Source: Eledone cirrhosa
Taxonomy: Eukaryota
Assembly: GCA_964016885.1 (NCBI GenBank)
Contig: OZ024758.1
Coordinates: 40,052,001-40,116,000 of the forward strand
Length of the DNA stretch: 64,000 nucleotides
Direction of reading: 5' to 3'
Numbering within the stretch: position 1 is the first letter of the stretch; each line of letters begins with the position of its first letter. The notes below the pieces were generated by a model that was not told where the DNA came from, did not search any database, and worked only from the letters and a program-made list of their open reading frames with translations. Below, one piece after another: positions 12,926 through 25,600 of this stretch. The position numbers and the translations under genes were made by a program.

Positions 12926-15299
12926 GATAGCTTAGCTTAGCTTAGCTTAGGATAGCTTAGCTTAGCTTAGCTTAGGATAGCTTAGCTTAGGATAGCTTAG
13001 CTTAGCTTAGCTTAGGATAGCTTAGGATAGCTTAGCTTAGGATAGCTTAGCTTAGGATAGCTTAGGAAAGCTTAGCTTAGCTTAGCTTAGGATAGCTTAG
13101 CTTAGCTTAGCTTAGGATAGCTTAGCTTAGCTTAGCTTAGGATAGCTTAGGATAGCTTAGCTTAGGATAGCTTAGGATAGCTTAGCTTAGGATAGCTTAG
13201 CTTAGGATAGCTTAGCTTAGGATAGCTTAGGATAGCTTAGCTTAGGATAGCTTAGGATAGCTTAGCTTAGCTTAGCTTAGGATAGCTTAGCTTAGCTTAG
13301 CTTAGGATAGCTTAGCTTAGCTTAGCTTAGGATAGCTTAGGATAGCTTAGCTTAGGATAGCTTAGGATAGCTTAGCTTAGGATAGCTTAGGATAGCTTAG
13401 CTTAGGAAGCTTAGGATAGCTTAGCTTAGGATAGCTTAGCTTAGAATAGCTTATCTTAGCTTAGCTTAGCTTAGGATAGCTTAGGATAGCTTAGCTTAGG
13501 ATAGCTTAGCTTAGCTTAGCTTAGGATAGCTTAGCTTAGCTTAGGATAGCTTAGCTTAGCTTAGCTTAGAATAGCTTAGCTTAGCTTAGGATAGCTTAGC
13601 TTAGCTTAGCTTAGGATAGCTTAGCTTAGCTTAGGATATCTTAGCTTAGCTTAGCTTAGCTTAGGATAGCTTAGGATAGCTTAGCTTAGGATAGCTTAGC
13701 TTAGGTTAGCTTAGCTTAGCTTAGCTTAGGATAGCTTAGGATAGCTTAGCTTAGGATAGCTTAGCTTAGCTTAGCTTAGGATAGCTTAGCTTAGCTTAGC
13801 TTAGGAGAGCTTAGCTTAGCTTAGCTTAGGATAGCTTAGCTTAGGATAGCTTAGGATAGCTTAGCTTAGCTTAGGATAGCTTAGCTTAGCTTAGCTTAGG
13901 ATAGCTTAGCTTAGCTTAGGATAGCTTAGCTTAGCTTAGCTTAGGATAGCTTAGCTTAGCTTAGCTTAGGATAGCTTAGCTTAGCTTAGCTTAGGATAGC
14001 TTAGCTTAGCTTAGGATAGCTTAGGATAGCTTAGGATAGCTTAGCTTAGCTTAGGATAGCTTAGCTTAGCTTAGCTTATGATAGCTTAGCTTAGCTTAGC
14101 TTAGGATAGCTTAGCTTAGCTTAGGATAGCTTAGCTTAGCTTAGCTTAGGTTAGCTTAGCTTAGCTTAGCTTAGGATAGCTTAGCTTAGCTTAGCTTAGG
14201 ATAGATTAGCTTAGCTTAGCTTAGGATAGCTTAGCTTAGCTTAGCTTAGGATAGCTTAGCTTAGCTTAGCTTAGGATAGCTTAGCTTAGCTTAGGATAGC
14301 TTAGCTTAGCTTAGCTTAGGATAGCTTAGCTTAGCTTAGGATAGCTTAGCTTAGCTTAGCTTAGCTTAGGAGAGCTTAGCTTAGCTTAGCTTAGGATAGC
14401 TTAGCTTAGCTTAGCTTAGGATAGCTTAGCTTAGCTTAGGATAGCTTAGCTTAGCTTAGCTTATCTTAGCTTAGGATAGCTTAGCTTAGCTTAGCTTAGG
14501 ATAGCTTAGCTTAGCTTAGCTTAGGATAGCTTAGGATAGCTTAGCTTAGGATAGCTTAGGATAGCTTACCTTAGGATAGCTTAGCTTAGGATAGCTTAGC
14601 TTAGGATAGCTTAGGATAGCTTAGCTTAGCTTAGCTTAGGATAACTTAGCTTAGCTTAGCTTAGGATAGCTTAGCTTAGCTTAGCTTAGGATAGCTTAGC
14701 TTAGCTTAGGATAGCTTAGCTTAGCTTAGCTTAGGATAGCTTAGCTTAGCTTAGCTTAGGAGAGCTTAGCTTAGGATAGCTTAGCTTAGGATAGCTTAGC
14801 TTAGGATAGCTTAGGATAGCTTAGCTTAGGATAGCTTAGGATAGCTTAGCTTCGGATAGCTTAGCTTAGCTAAGGATTGCTTAGCTTAGGATATCTTAGG
14901 ATAGCTTAGCTTAGCTTAGCTTAGGATAGCTTAGCTTAGCTTAGGATAGCTTATCTTAGCTTAGGATAGCTTAGCTTAGCTTAGGATAGCTTAGCTTAGC
15001 TTAGGATAGCTTAGCTTAGCTTAGCTTAGGATAGCTTAGCTTAGCTTAGCTTAGGATAGCTTAGCTTAGCTTAGCTTAGGATAGCTTAGCTTAGCTTAGC
15101 TTAGGATAGCTTAATTTAGCTTAGGAGAGCTTAGCTTAGCTTAGCTTAGGATAGCTTAGCTTAGCTTAGGATAGCTTAGCTTAGCTTAGCTTAGGATAGC
15201 TTAGCTTAGCTTAGTTTAGGATAGCTTAGCTTAGCTTAGCTTAGCTTAGGATAGCTTAGCTTAGCTTAGCTTAGCTTAGGATAGCTTAGCTTAGCTTAG

Positions 15300-18200
15300 G
15301 ATAGCTTAGCTTAGCTTAGCTTAGGATAGCTTAGCTTAGCTTAGGATAGCTTAGCTTAGCTTAGCTTAGGATAGCTTAGCTTAGCTTAGCTTAGGATAGC
15401 TTAGCTTAGCTTAGCTTAGCTTAGGATAGTTTAGCTTAGCTTAGCTTAGCTTAGGATAGCTTAGCTTAGCTTAGGATAGCTTAGGATAGCTTAGCTTAGG
15501 ATAGCTTAGCATAGCTTAGCTTAGGATAGCTTAGCTTAGGATAGCTTAGCTTAGGATAGCTTAGGATAGCTTAGCTTAGCTTAGCTTAGGATAGCTTAGC
15601 TTAGCTTAGCTTAGGATAGCTTAGCTTAGCTTAGCTTAGGATAGCTTAGGATAGCTTAGCTTAGGATAGCTTAGGATAGCTTAGCTTAGGAAAGCTTAGG
15701 ATAGCTTAGCTTAGGATAGCTTAGGATAGCTTAGCTTAGGATAGCTTAGGATAGCTTAGCTTAGCTTAGCTTAGGATAGCTTAGCTTAGCTTAGCCTAGG
15801 TAGCTTAGCTTAGCTTAGCTTAGGATAGCTTAGGATAGCTTAGCTTAGGATAGCTTAGGATAGCTTAGCTTATGATAGCTTAGCTTAGGATAGCTTAGGA
15901 TAGCTTAGCTTAGGATAGCTTAGCTTAGGATAGCTTAGGATAGCTTAGCTTAGCTTAGCTTAGGATAGCTTAGCTTAGCTTAGGATAGCTTAGCTTCGCT
16001 TAGCTTAGCTTAGGATAGCTTAGCTTAGCTTAGCTTAGGATAGCTTAGCTTAGCTTAGCTTAGGATAGCTTAGGATAGCTTAGCTTAGGATAGCTTAGGA
16101 TAGCTTAGCTTAGGATAGCTTAGGATAGCTTAGCTTAGCTTAGCTTAGGATAGCTTAGCTTAGCTTAGCTTAGGTAGCTTAGCTTAGCTTAGCTTAGGAT
16201 AGCTTAGGATAGCTTAGCTTAGGATAGCTTAGCTTAGCTTAGGATAGCTTAGCTTAGCTTAGCTTAGGATAGCTTAGCTTAGCTTAGCTTAGGATAGCTT
16301 AGCTTAGCTTAGGATAGCTTAGCTTAGCTTAGGATAGCTTAGCTTAGCTTAGGATAGCTTAGCTTAGCTTAGCTTAGCTTAGGAGAGCTTAGCTTAGCTT
16401 AGCTTAGGATAGCTTAGCTTAGCTTAGCTTAGGATAGCTTAGCTTAGCTTAGGATAGCTTAGCTTAGCTTAGCTTATCTTAGCTTAGGATAGCTTAGCTT
16501 AGCTTAGCTTAGGATAGCTTAGCTTAGCTTAGCTTAGGATAGCTTAGGATAGCTTAGCTTAGGATAGCTTAGGATAGCTTACCTTAGGATAGCTTAGCTT
16601 AGGATAGCTTAGCTTAGGATAGCTTAGGATAGCTTAGCTTAGCTTAGCTTAGGATAACTTAGCTTAGCTTAGCTTAGGATAGCTTAGCTTAGCTTAGCTT
16701 AGGATAGCTTAGCTTAGCTTAGGATAGCTTAGCTTAGCTTAGCTTAGGATAGCTTAGCTTAGCTTAGCTTAGGATAGCTTAGCTTAGCTTAGGATAGCTT
16801 AGCTTAGCTTAGCTTAGGATAGCTTAGCTTAGCTTAGCTTAGGATAGCTTAGCTTAGCTTAGCTTAGCTTAGGATAGTTTAGCTTAGCTTAGCTTAGCTT
16901 AGGATAGCTTAGCTTAGCTTAGGATAGCTTAGGATAGCTTAGCTTAGGATAGCTTAGCATAGCTTAGCTTAGGATAGCTTAGCTTAGGATAGCTTAGCTT
17001 AGGATAGCTTAGGATAGCTTAGCTTAGCTTAGCTTAGGATAGCTTAGCTTAGCTTAGCTTAGGATAGCTTAGCTTAGCTTAGCTTAGGATAGCTTAGGAT
17101 AGCTTAGCTTAGGATAGCTTAGGATAGCTTAGCTTAGGAAAGCTTAGGATAGCTTAGCTTAGGATAGCTTAGGATAGCTTAGCTTAGGATAGCTTAGGAT
17201 AGCTTAGCTTAGCTTAGCTTAGGATAGCTTAGCTTAGCTTAGCCTAGGTAGCTTAGCTTAGCTTAGCTTAGGATAGCTTAGGATAGCTTAGCTTAGGATA
17301 GCTTAGGATAGCTTAGCTTATGATAGCTTAGCTTAGGATAGCTTAGGATAGCTTAGCTTAGGATAGCTTAGCTTAGGATAGCTTAGGATAGCTTAGCTTA
17401 GCTTAGCTTAGGATAGCTTAGCTTAGCTTAGGATAGCTTAGCTTCGCTTAGCTTAGCTTAGGATAGCTTAGCTTAGCTTAGCTTAGGATAGCTTAGCTTA
17501 GCTTAGCTTAGGATAGCTTAGGATAGCTTAGCTTAGGATAGCTTAGGATAGCTTAGCTTAGGATAGCTTAGGATAGCTTAGCTTAGCTTAGCTTAGGATA
17601 GCTTAGCTTAGCTTAGCTTAGGTAGCTTAGCTTAGCTTAGCTTAGGATAGCTTAGGATAGCTTAGCTTAGGATAGCTTAGCTTAGCTTAGGATAGCTTAG
17701 CTTAGCTTAGCTTAGGATAGCTTAGCTTAGCTTAGCTTAGGATAGCTTAGCTTAGCTTAGGATAGCTTAGCTTAGCTTAGGATAGCTTAGCTTAGCTTAG
17801 GATAGCTTAGCTTAGCTTAGCTTAGCTTAGGAGAGCTTAGCTTAGCTTAGCTTAGGATAGCTTAGCTTAGCTTAGCTTAGGATAGCTTAGCTTAGCTTAG
17901 GATAGCTTAGCTTAGCTTAGCTTATCTTAGCTTAGGATAGCTTAGCTTAGCTTAGCTTAGGATAGCTTAGCTTAGCTTAGCTTAGGATAGCTTAGGATAG
18001 CTTAGCTTAGGATAGCTTAGGATAGCTTACCTTAGGATAGCTTAGCTTAGGATAGCTTAGCTTAGGATAGCTTAGGATAGCTTAGCTTAGCTTAGCTTAG
18101 GATAACTTAGCTTAGCTTAGCTTAGGATAGCTTAGCTTAGCTTAGCTTAGGATAGCTTAGCTTAGCTTAGGATAGCTTAGCTTAGCTTAGCTTAGGATAG
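15300..18200 (+). repeat. 1448-bp near-perfect tandem duplication
   Basis: TTTAG 15430/16878, CATAG 15510/16958, GAAAG 15690/17138, CCTAG+GTAG 15795/17243, CTTCG 15994/17442, GTAG 16174/17622, GAGAG 16383/17831 and GATAA 16653/18101, all at offset 1448. Confidence 0.9.
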
Positions 18201-18259
18201 CTTAGCTTAGCTTAGCTTAGGATAGCTTAGCTTAGGATAGCTTAGCTTAGGATAGCTTA

Positions 18260-21200
18260 GCTTAGGATAGCTTAGGATAGCTTAGCTTAGGATAGCTTAG
18301 GATAGCTTAGCTTCGGATAGCTTAGCTTAGCTAAGGATTGCTTAGCTTAGGATAGCTTAGGATAGCTTAGCTTAGCTTAGCTTAGGATAGCTTAGCTTAG
18401 CTTAGGATAGCTTATCTTAGCTTAGGATAGCTTAGCCTAGCTTAGGATAGCTTAGCTTAGCTTAGGATAGCTTAGCTTAGCTTAGCTTAGGATAGCTTAG
18501 CTTAGCTTAGCTTAGGATAGCTTAGCTTAGCTTAGCTTAGGATAGCTTAGCTTAGCTTAGCTTAGGATAGCTTAGCTTAGCTTAGCTTAGGAGAGCTTAG
18601 CTTAGCTTAGCTTAGGATAGCTTAGCTTAGCTTAGGATAGCTTAGCTTAGCTTAGCTTAGGATAGCTTAGCTTAGCTTAGCTTAGGATAGCTTAGCTTAG
18701 CTTAGCTTAGCTTAGGATAGCTTAGCTTAGCTTAGCTTAGCTTAGGATAGCTTAGCTTAGCTTAGGATAGCTTAGCTTAGCTTAGCTTAGGATAGCTTAG
18801 CTTAGCTTAGGATAGCTTAGCTTAGCTTAGCTTAGGATAGCTTAGCTTAGCTTAGCTTAGGTAGCTTAGCTTAGCTTAGCTTAGCTTAGGATAGTTTAGC
18901 TTAGCTTAGCTTAGCTTAGGATAGCTTAGCTTAGCTTAGGATAGCTTAGGATAGCTTAGCTTAGGATAGCTTAGGATAGCTTAGCTTAGGATAGCTTAGC
19001 TTAGGATAGCTTAGCTTAGGATAGCTTAGGATAGCTTAGCTTAGCTTAGCTTAGGATAGCTTAGCTTAGCTTAGCTTAGGATAGCTTAGCTTAGCTTAGG
19101 ATAGCTTAGCTTAGCTTAGCTTAGGATAGCTTAGCTTAGCTTAGCTTAGGATAGCTTAGCTTAGGATAGCTTAGCTTAGGATAGCTTAGCTTAAGTTAGC
19201 TTAGCTTAGCTTAGGATAGCTTAGGATAGCTTAGCTTAGGATAGCTTAGATTAGCTTAGCTTAGGATAGCTTAGCATAGCTTAGCTTAGGATAGCTTAGC
19301 TTAGCTTAGCTTAGGATAGCTTAGCTTAGGATAGCTTAGCTTAGGATAGCTTAGCTTAAGTCAGCTTAGCTTAGCTTAGCTTAGGATAGCTTAGGATAGC
19401 TTAGCTTAGGATAGCTTAGCTTAGCTTAGCTTAGGATAGCTTAGCTTAGCTTAGCTTAGGATAGCTTAGCTTAGCTTAGCTTAGGATAGCTTAGCTTAGG
19501 ATAGCTTAGGATAGCTTAGCTTAGCTTAGCTTACGATAGCTTAGCTTAGGATAGCTTAGGATAGCTTAGCTTAGCTTAGGATAGCTTAGCTTAGCTTAGG
19601 ATAGCTTAGCTTAGCTTAGCTTAGGATAGCTTAGCTTAGCTTAGCTTAGGATAGCTTAGCTTAGCTTAGCTTAGGATAGCTTAGCTTAGCTTAGGATAGC
19701 TTAGCTTAGCTTAGCTTAGGATAGCTTAGCTTAGCTTAGCTGAGGATAGCTTAGCTTAGCTTAGCTTAGCTTAGGATAGCTTAGCTTAGCTTAGGATAGC
19801 TTATCTTAGCTTAGCTTAGGATAGCTTAACTTAGGATAGCTTAGCTTAGCTTAGGATAGCTTAACTTAGGATAGCTTAGCTTAGCTTAGGATAGCTTAAC
19901 TTATCTTAGCTTAGGATAGCTTAGCTTAGCTTAGGATAGCTTAGCTTAGCTTAGCTTAGGATAGCTTAGCTTAGCTTAGCTTAGGATAGCTTAGCTTAGC
20001 TTAGGATAGCTTAGCTTAGCTTAGCTTAGGATAGCTTAGCTTAGCTTAGCTTAGGATAGCTTAGCTTAGCTTAGCTTAGGATAGCTTAGCTTAGGATAGC
20101 TTAGCTTAGGATAGCTTAGCTTAGGTTAGCTTAGCTTAGCTTAGCTTAGGATAGCTTAGGATAGCTTAGCTTAGGATAGCTTAGCTTAGCTTAGCTTAGG
20201 ATAGCTTAGCTTAGTTTAGCTTAGGATAGCTTAGCTTAGCTTAGCTTAGGATAGCTTAGGATAGCTTAGCTTAGGATAGCTTAGGATAGCTTAGCTTCGG
20301 ATAGCTTAGCTTAGCTAAGGATTGCTTAGCTTAGGATAGCTTAGGATAGCTTAGCTTAGCTTAGCTTAGGATAGCTTAGCTTAGCTTAGGATAGCTTATC
20401 TTAGCTTAGGATAGCTTAGCCTAGCTTAGGATAGCTTAGCTTAGCTTAGGATAGCTTAGCTTAGCTTAGCTTAGGATAGCTTAGCTTAGCTTAGCTTAGG
20501 ATAGCTTAGCTTAGCTTAGCTTAGGATAGCTTAGCTTAGCTTAGCTTAGGATAGCTTAGCTTAGCTTAGCTTAGGAGAGCTTAGCTTAGCTTAGCTTAGG
20601 ATAGCTTAGCTTAGCTTAGGATAGCTTAGCTTAGCTTAGCTTAGGATAGCTTAGCTTAGCTTAGCTTAGGATAGCTTAGCTTAGCTTAGCTTAGCTTAGG
20701 ATAGCTTAGCTTAGCTTAGCTTAGCTTAGGATAGCTTAGCTTAGCTTAGGATAGCTTAGCTTAGCTTAGCTTAGGATAGCTTAGCTTAGCTTAGGATAGC
20801 TTAGCTTAGCTTAGCTTAGGATAGCTTAGCTTAGCTTAGCTTAGGTAGCTTAGCTTAGCTTAGCTTAGCTTAGGATAGTTTAGCTTAGCTTAGCTTAGCT
20901 TAGGATAGCTTAGCTTAGCTTAGGATAGCTTAGGATAGCTTAGCTTAGGATAGCTTAGGATAGCTTAGCTTAGGATAGCTTAGCTTAGGATAGCTTAGCT
21001 TAGGATAGCTTAGGATAGCTTAGCTTAGCTTAGCTTAGGATAGCTTAGCTTAGCTTAGCTTAGGATAGCTTAGCTTAGCTTAGGATAGCTTAGCTTAGCT
21101 TAGCTTAGGATAGCTTAGCTTAGCTTAGCTTAGGATAGCTTAGCTTAGGATAGCTTAGCTTAGGATAGCTTAGCTTAAGTTAGCTTAGCTTAGCTTAGGA

Positions 21201-22200
21201 TAGCTTAGGATAGCTTAGCTTAGGATAGCTTAGATTAGCTTAGCTTAGGATAGCTTAGCATAGCTTAGCTTAGGATAGCTTAGCTTAGCTTAGCTTAGGA
21301 TAGCTTAGCTTAGGATAGCTTAGCTTAGGATAGCTTAGCTTAAGTCAGCTTAGCTTAGCTTAGCTTAGGATAGCTTAGGATAGCTTAGCTTAGGATAGCT
21401 TAGCTTAGCTTAGCTTAGGATAGCTTAGCTTAGCTTAGCTTAGGATAGCTTAGCTTAGCTTAGCTTAGGATAGCTTAGCTTAGGATAGCTTACGATAGCT
21501 TAGCTTAGGATAGCTTAGGATAGCTTAGCTTAGCTTAGGATAGCTTAGCTTAGCTTAGGATAGCTTAGCTTAGCTTAGCTTAGGATAGCTTAGCTTAGCT
21601 TAGCTTAGGATAGCTTAGCTTAGCTTAGCTTAGGATAGCTTAGCTTAGCTTAGGATAGCTTAGCTTAGCTTAGCTTAGGATAGCTTAGCTTAGCTTAGCT
21701 GAGGATAGCTTAGCTTAGCTTAGCTTAGCTTAGGATAGCTTAGCTTAGCTTAGGATAGCTTATCTTAGCTTAGCTTAGGATAGCTTAACTTAGGATAGCT
21801 TAGCTTAGCTTAGGATAGCTTAACTTAGGATAGCTTAGCTTAGCTTAGGATAGCTTAACTTATCTTAGCTTAGGATAGCTTAGCTTAGCTTAGGATAGCT
21901 TAGCTTAGCTTAGCTTAGGATAGCTTAGCTTAGCTTAGCTTAGGATAGCTTAGCTTAGCTTAGGATAGCTTAGCTTAGCTTAGCTTAGGATAGCTTAGCT
22001 TAGCTTAGCTTAGGATAGCTTAGCTTAGCTTAGCTTAGGATAGCTTAGCTTAGGATAGCTTAGCTTAGGATAGCTTAGCTTAGGTTAGCTTAGCTTAGCT
22101 TAGCTTAGGATAGCTTAGGATAGCTTAGCTTAGGATAGCTTAGCTTAGCTTAGCTTAGGATAGCTTAGCTTAGTTTAGCTTAGGATAGCTTAGCTTAGCT
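18260..22200 (+). repeat. ~1.96-1.98 kb tandem duplication
   Basis: CTTCG 18311/20295, CTAAG-GATTG 18331/20315, CCTAG 18436/20420, GTAG 18861/20845 and GTCAG 19360/21344 (offset 1984); CTTAC 19530/21489 and CTGAG 19740/21699 (1959). Confidence 0.9.
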
Positions 22201-22899
22201 TAGCTTAGGATAGCTTAGCTTAGGATAGCTTAGGATTGCTTAGCTTAGCTTAGCTTAGGATAGCTTAGCTTAGCTTAGCTTAGGATAGCTTAGCTTAGCT
22301 TAGGATAGCTTAGCTTAGCTTAGCTTAGGATAGCTTAGCTTAGCTTAGGATAGCTTAGCTTAGCTTAGCTTAGGATAGCTTAGGATAGCTTAGGATAGCT
22401 TAGCTTAGCTTAGCTTAGGATAGCTTAGCTTAGCTTAGGATAGCTTAGCTTAGCTTAGCTTAGGATAGCTTAGCTTAGCTTAGGATAGCTTAGCTTAGCT
22501 TAGCTTAGGATAGCTTAGCTTAGCTTAGCTTAGGATAGCTTAGCTTAGCTTAGCTTAGGATAGCTTAGCTTAGCTTAGCTTAGGATAGATTAGCTTAGCT
22601 TAGGATAGCTTAGCTTAGCTTAGGATAGCTTAGTTTAGCTTAGCTTAGGAGAGCTTAGCTTAGGATAGCTTAGGAAAGCTTAGCTTAGCTTAGCTTAGGA
22701 TAGCTTAGCTTAGCTTAGCTTAGGATAGCTTAGCTTAGCTTAGGATAGTTTAGCTTAGCTTAGCTTAGGATAGCTTAGCTTAGCTTAGCTTAGGATAGCT
22801 TAGCTTAGCTTAGCTTAGGATAGCTTAGCTTAGCTTAGGATAGCTTAGCTTAACTTAGCTTAGGATAGCTTAGCTTAGCTTAGGATAGCTTAGCTTAGA

Positions 22900-25600
22900 T
22901 TAGCTTAGGATAGCTTAGCTTAGCTTAGCTTAGGATAGCTTAGCTTAGGATAGCTTAGCTTAGCTTAGCTTAGGATAGCTTAGCTTAGCTTAGCTTAGGA
23001 TAGCTTAGCTTAGCTTAGCTTAGGATAGCTTAGCTTAGCTTAGCTTAGTATAGCTTAGCTTAGCTTAGCTTAGTATAGCTTAGCTTAGCTTAGCTTAGGA
23101 TAGCTTAGCTTAGCTTAGCTTAGGATAGCTTAGCTTAGCTTAGCTTAGGATAGCTTAGCTTAGCTTAGCTTAGGATAGCTTAGCTTAGCTTGGCTTAGGA
23201 TAGCTTAGCTTAGCTTGGCTTAGGATAGCTTAGCTTAGCTTAGCTTAGGATAGCTTAGCTTAGCTTAGCTTAGGATAGCTTAGCTTAGCTTAGCTTAGGA
23301 TAGCTTAGCTTAGCTTAGCTTAGGATAGCTTAGCTTAGTTTAGGATAGCTTAGCTTAGCTTAGCTTAGGATAGCTTAGGATAGCTTAGCTTAGGATAGCT
23401 TAGGATAGCTTAGCTTAGGATAGCTTAGGATAGCTTAGGTTAGGATAGCTTAGCTTAGGATAGCTTAGTATAGCTTAGCTTAGGATAGCTTAGGATAGCT
23501 TAGCTTAGGATAGCTTAGGATAGCTTAGCTTAGGATAGCTTAGCTTAGGATAGCTTAGGAAAGCTTAGCTTAGCTTAGCTTAGGATAGCTTAGCTTAGCT
23601 TAGCTTAGGATAGCTTAGCTTAGCTTAGCTTAGGATAGCTTAGGATAGCTTAGGATAGCTTAGCTTAGGATAGCTTAGCTTAGGAGAGCTTAGCTTAGGA
23701 TAGCTTAGGATAGCTTAGCTTAGGATAGCTTAGGATAGCTTAGCTTAGGATAGCTTAGCTTAGGATAGCTTAGGATAGCTTAGCTTAGCTTAGCTTAGGA
23801 TAGCTTAGCTTAGCTTAGCTTAGGATAGCTTAGCTTAGCTTAGCTTAGCTTAGGATAGCTTAGCTTAGCTTAGCTTAGGATAGCTTAGGATAGCTTAGCT
23901 TAGGATAGCTTAGGATAGCTTAGCTTAGGATAGCTTAGGATAGCTTAGCTTAGGATAGCTTAGGATAGCTTAGCTTAGGATAGCTTAGCTTAGGATAGCT
24001 TAGCTTAGCTTAGCTTAGGATAGCTTAGCTTAGCTTAGCTTAGGATAGCTTAGCTTAGCTTAGCTTAGAATAGCTTAGCTTAGGATAGCTTAGCTTAGGA
24101 TAGCTTAGCTTAGGATAGCTTAGGATAGCTTAGCTTAGGATAGCTTAGGATAGCTTAGCTTAGGATAGCTTAGCTTAGCTTAGCTTAGGATAGCTTAGCT
24201 TAGCTTAGGATAGCTTAGCTTAGCTTAGCTTAGGATAGCTTAGCTTAGGATAGCTTAGGAAAGCTTAGCTTAGCTTAGCTTAAGATAGCTTAGCTTAGCT
24301 TAGCTTAGGATAGCTTAGCTTAGCTTAGGATAGTTTAGCTTAGCTTAGCTTAGGATAGCTTAGCTTAGCTTAGCTTAGGATAGCTTAGCTTAGCTTAGCT
24401 TAGGATAGCTTAGCTTAGCTTAGGATAGCTTAGCTTAGCTTAGCTTAGGATAGCTTAGCTTAGCTTAGGATAGCTTAGCTTAGCTTAGCTTAGGATAGCT
24501 TAGCTTAGCTTAGCTTAGGATAGCTTAGCTTAGGATAGCTTAGCTTAGCTTAGCTTAGGATAGCTTAGCTTAGCTTAGCTTAGGATAGCTTAGCTTAGCT
24601 TAGCTTAGGATAGCTTAGCTTAGCTTAGCTTAGTATAGCTTAGCTTAGCTTAGCTTAGGCTAGCTTAGCTTAGCTTAGCTTAGGATAGCTTAGCTTAGCT
24701 TAGCTTAGGATAGCTTAGCTTAGCTTAGCTTAGGATAGCTTAGCTTAGCTTAGCTTAGGATAGCTTAGCTTAGCTTGGCTTAGGATAGCTTAGCTTAGCT
24801 TGGCTTAGGATAGCTTAGCTTAGCTTAGCTTAGGATAGCTTAGCTTAGCTTAGCTTAGGATAGCTTAGCTTAGCTTAGCTTAGGATAGCTTAGCTTAGCT
24901 TAGCTTAGGATAGCTTAGCTTAGTTTAGGATAGCTTAGCTTAGCTTAGCTTAGGATAGCTTAGGATAGCTTAGCTTAGGATAGCTTAGGATAGCTTAGCT
25001 TAGGATAGCTTAGGATAGCTTAGGTTAGGATAGCTTAGCTTAGGATAGCTTAGGATAGCTTAGCTTAGGATAGCTTAGGATAGCTTAGCTTAGGATAGCT
25101 TAGGATAGCTTAGCTTAGGATAGCTTAGCTTAGGATAGCTTAGGAAAGCTTAGCTTAGCTTAGCTTAGGATAGCTTAGCTTAGCTTAGCTTAGGATAGCT
25201 TAGCTTAGCTTAGCTTAGGATAGCTTAGGATAGCTTAGCTTAGGATAGCTTAGGATAGCTTAGCTTAGGAAAGCTTAGCTTAGGAGAGCTTAGCTTAGGA
25301 TAGCTTAGGATAGCTTATAGCTTAGGATAGCTTAGCTTAGGATAGCTTAGCTTAGGATAGCTTAGGATAGCTTAGCTTAGCTTAGCTTAGGATAGCTTAG
25401 CTTAGCTTAGCTTAGGATAGCTTAGCTTAGCTTAGCTTAGCTTAGGATAGCTTAGCTTAGCTTAGCTTAGGATAGCTTAGGATAGCTTAGCTTAGGATAG
25501 CTTAGGATAGCTTAGCTTAGGATAGCTTAGGATAGCTTAGCTTAGGATAGCTTAGGATAGCTTAGCTTAGGATAGCTTAGCTTAGGATAGCTTAGCTTAG
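22900..25600 (+). repeat. ~1.59 kb diverged tandem duplication
   Basis: TATAG 23049/24634, CTTGG 23189/24774 and 23214/24799, TTTAG 23339/24924, GTTAG 23439/25024 and GAAAG 23559/25144 (offset 1585). Confidence 0.8.
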
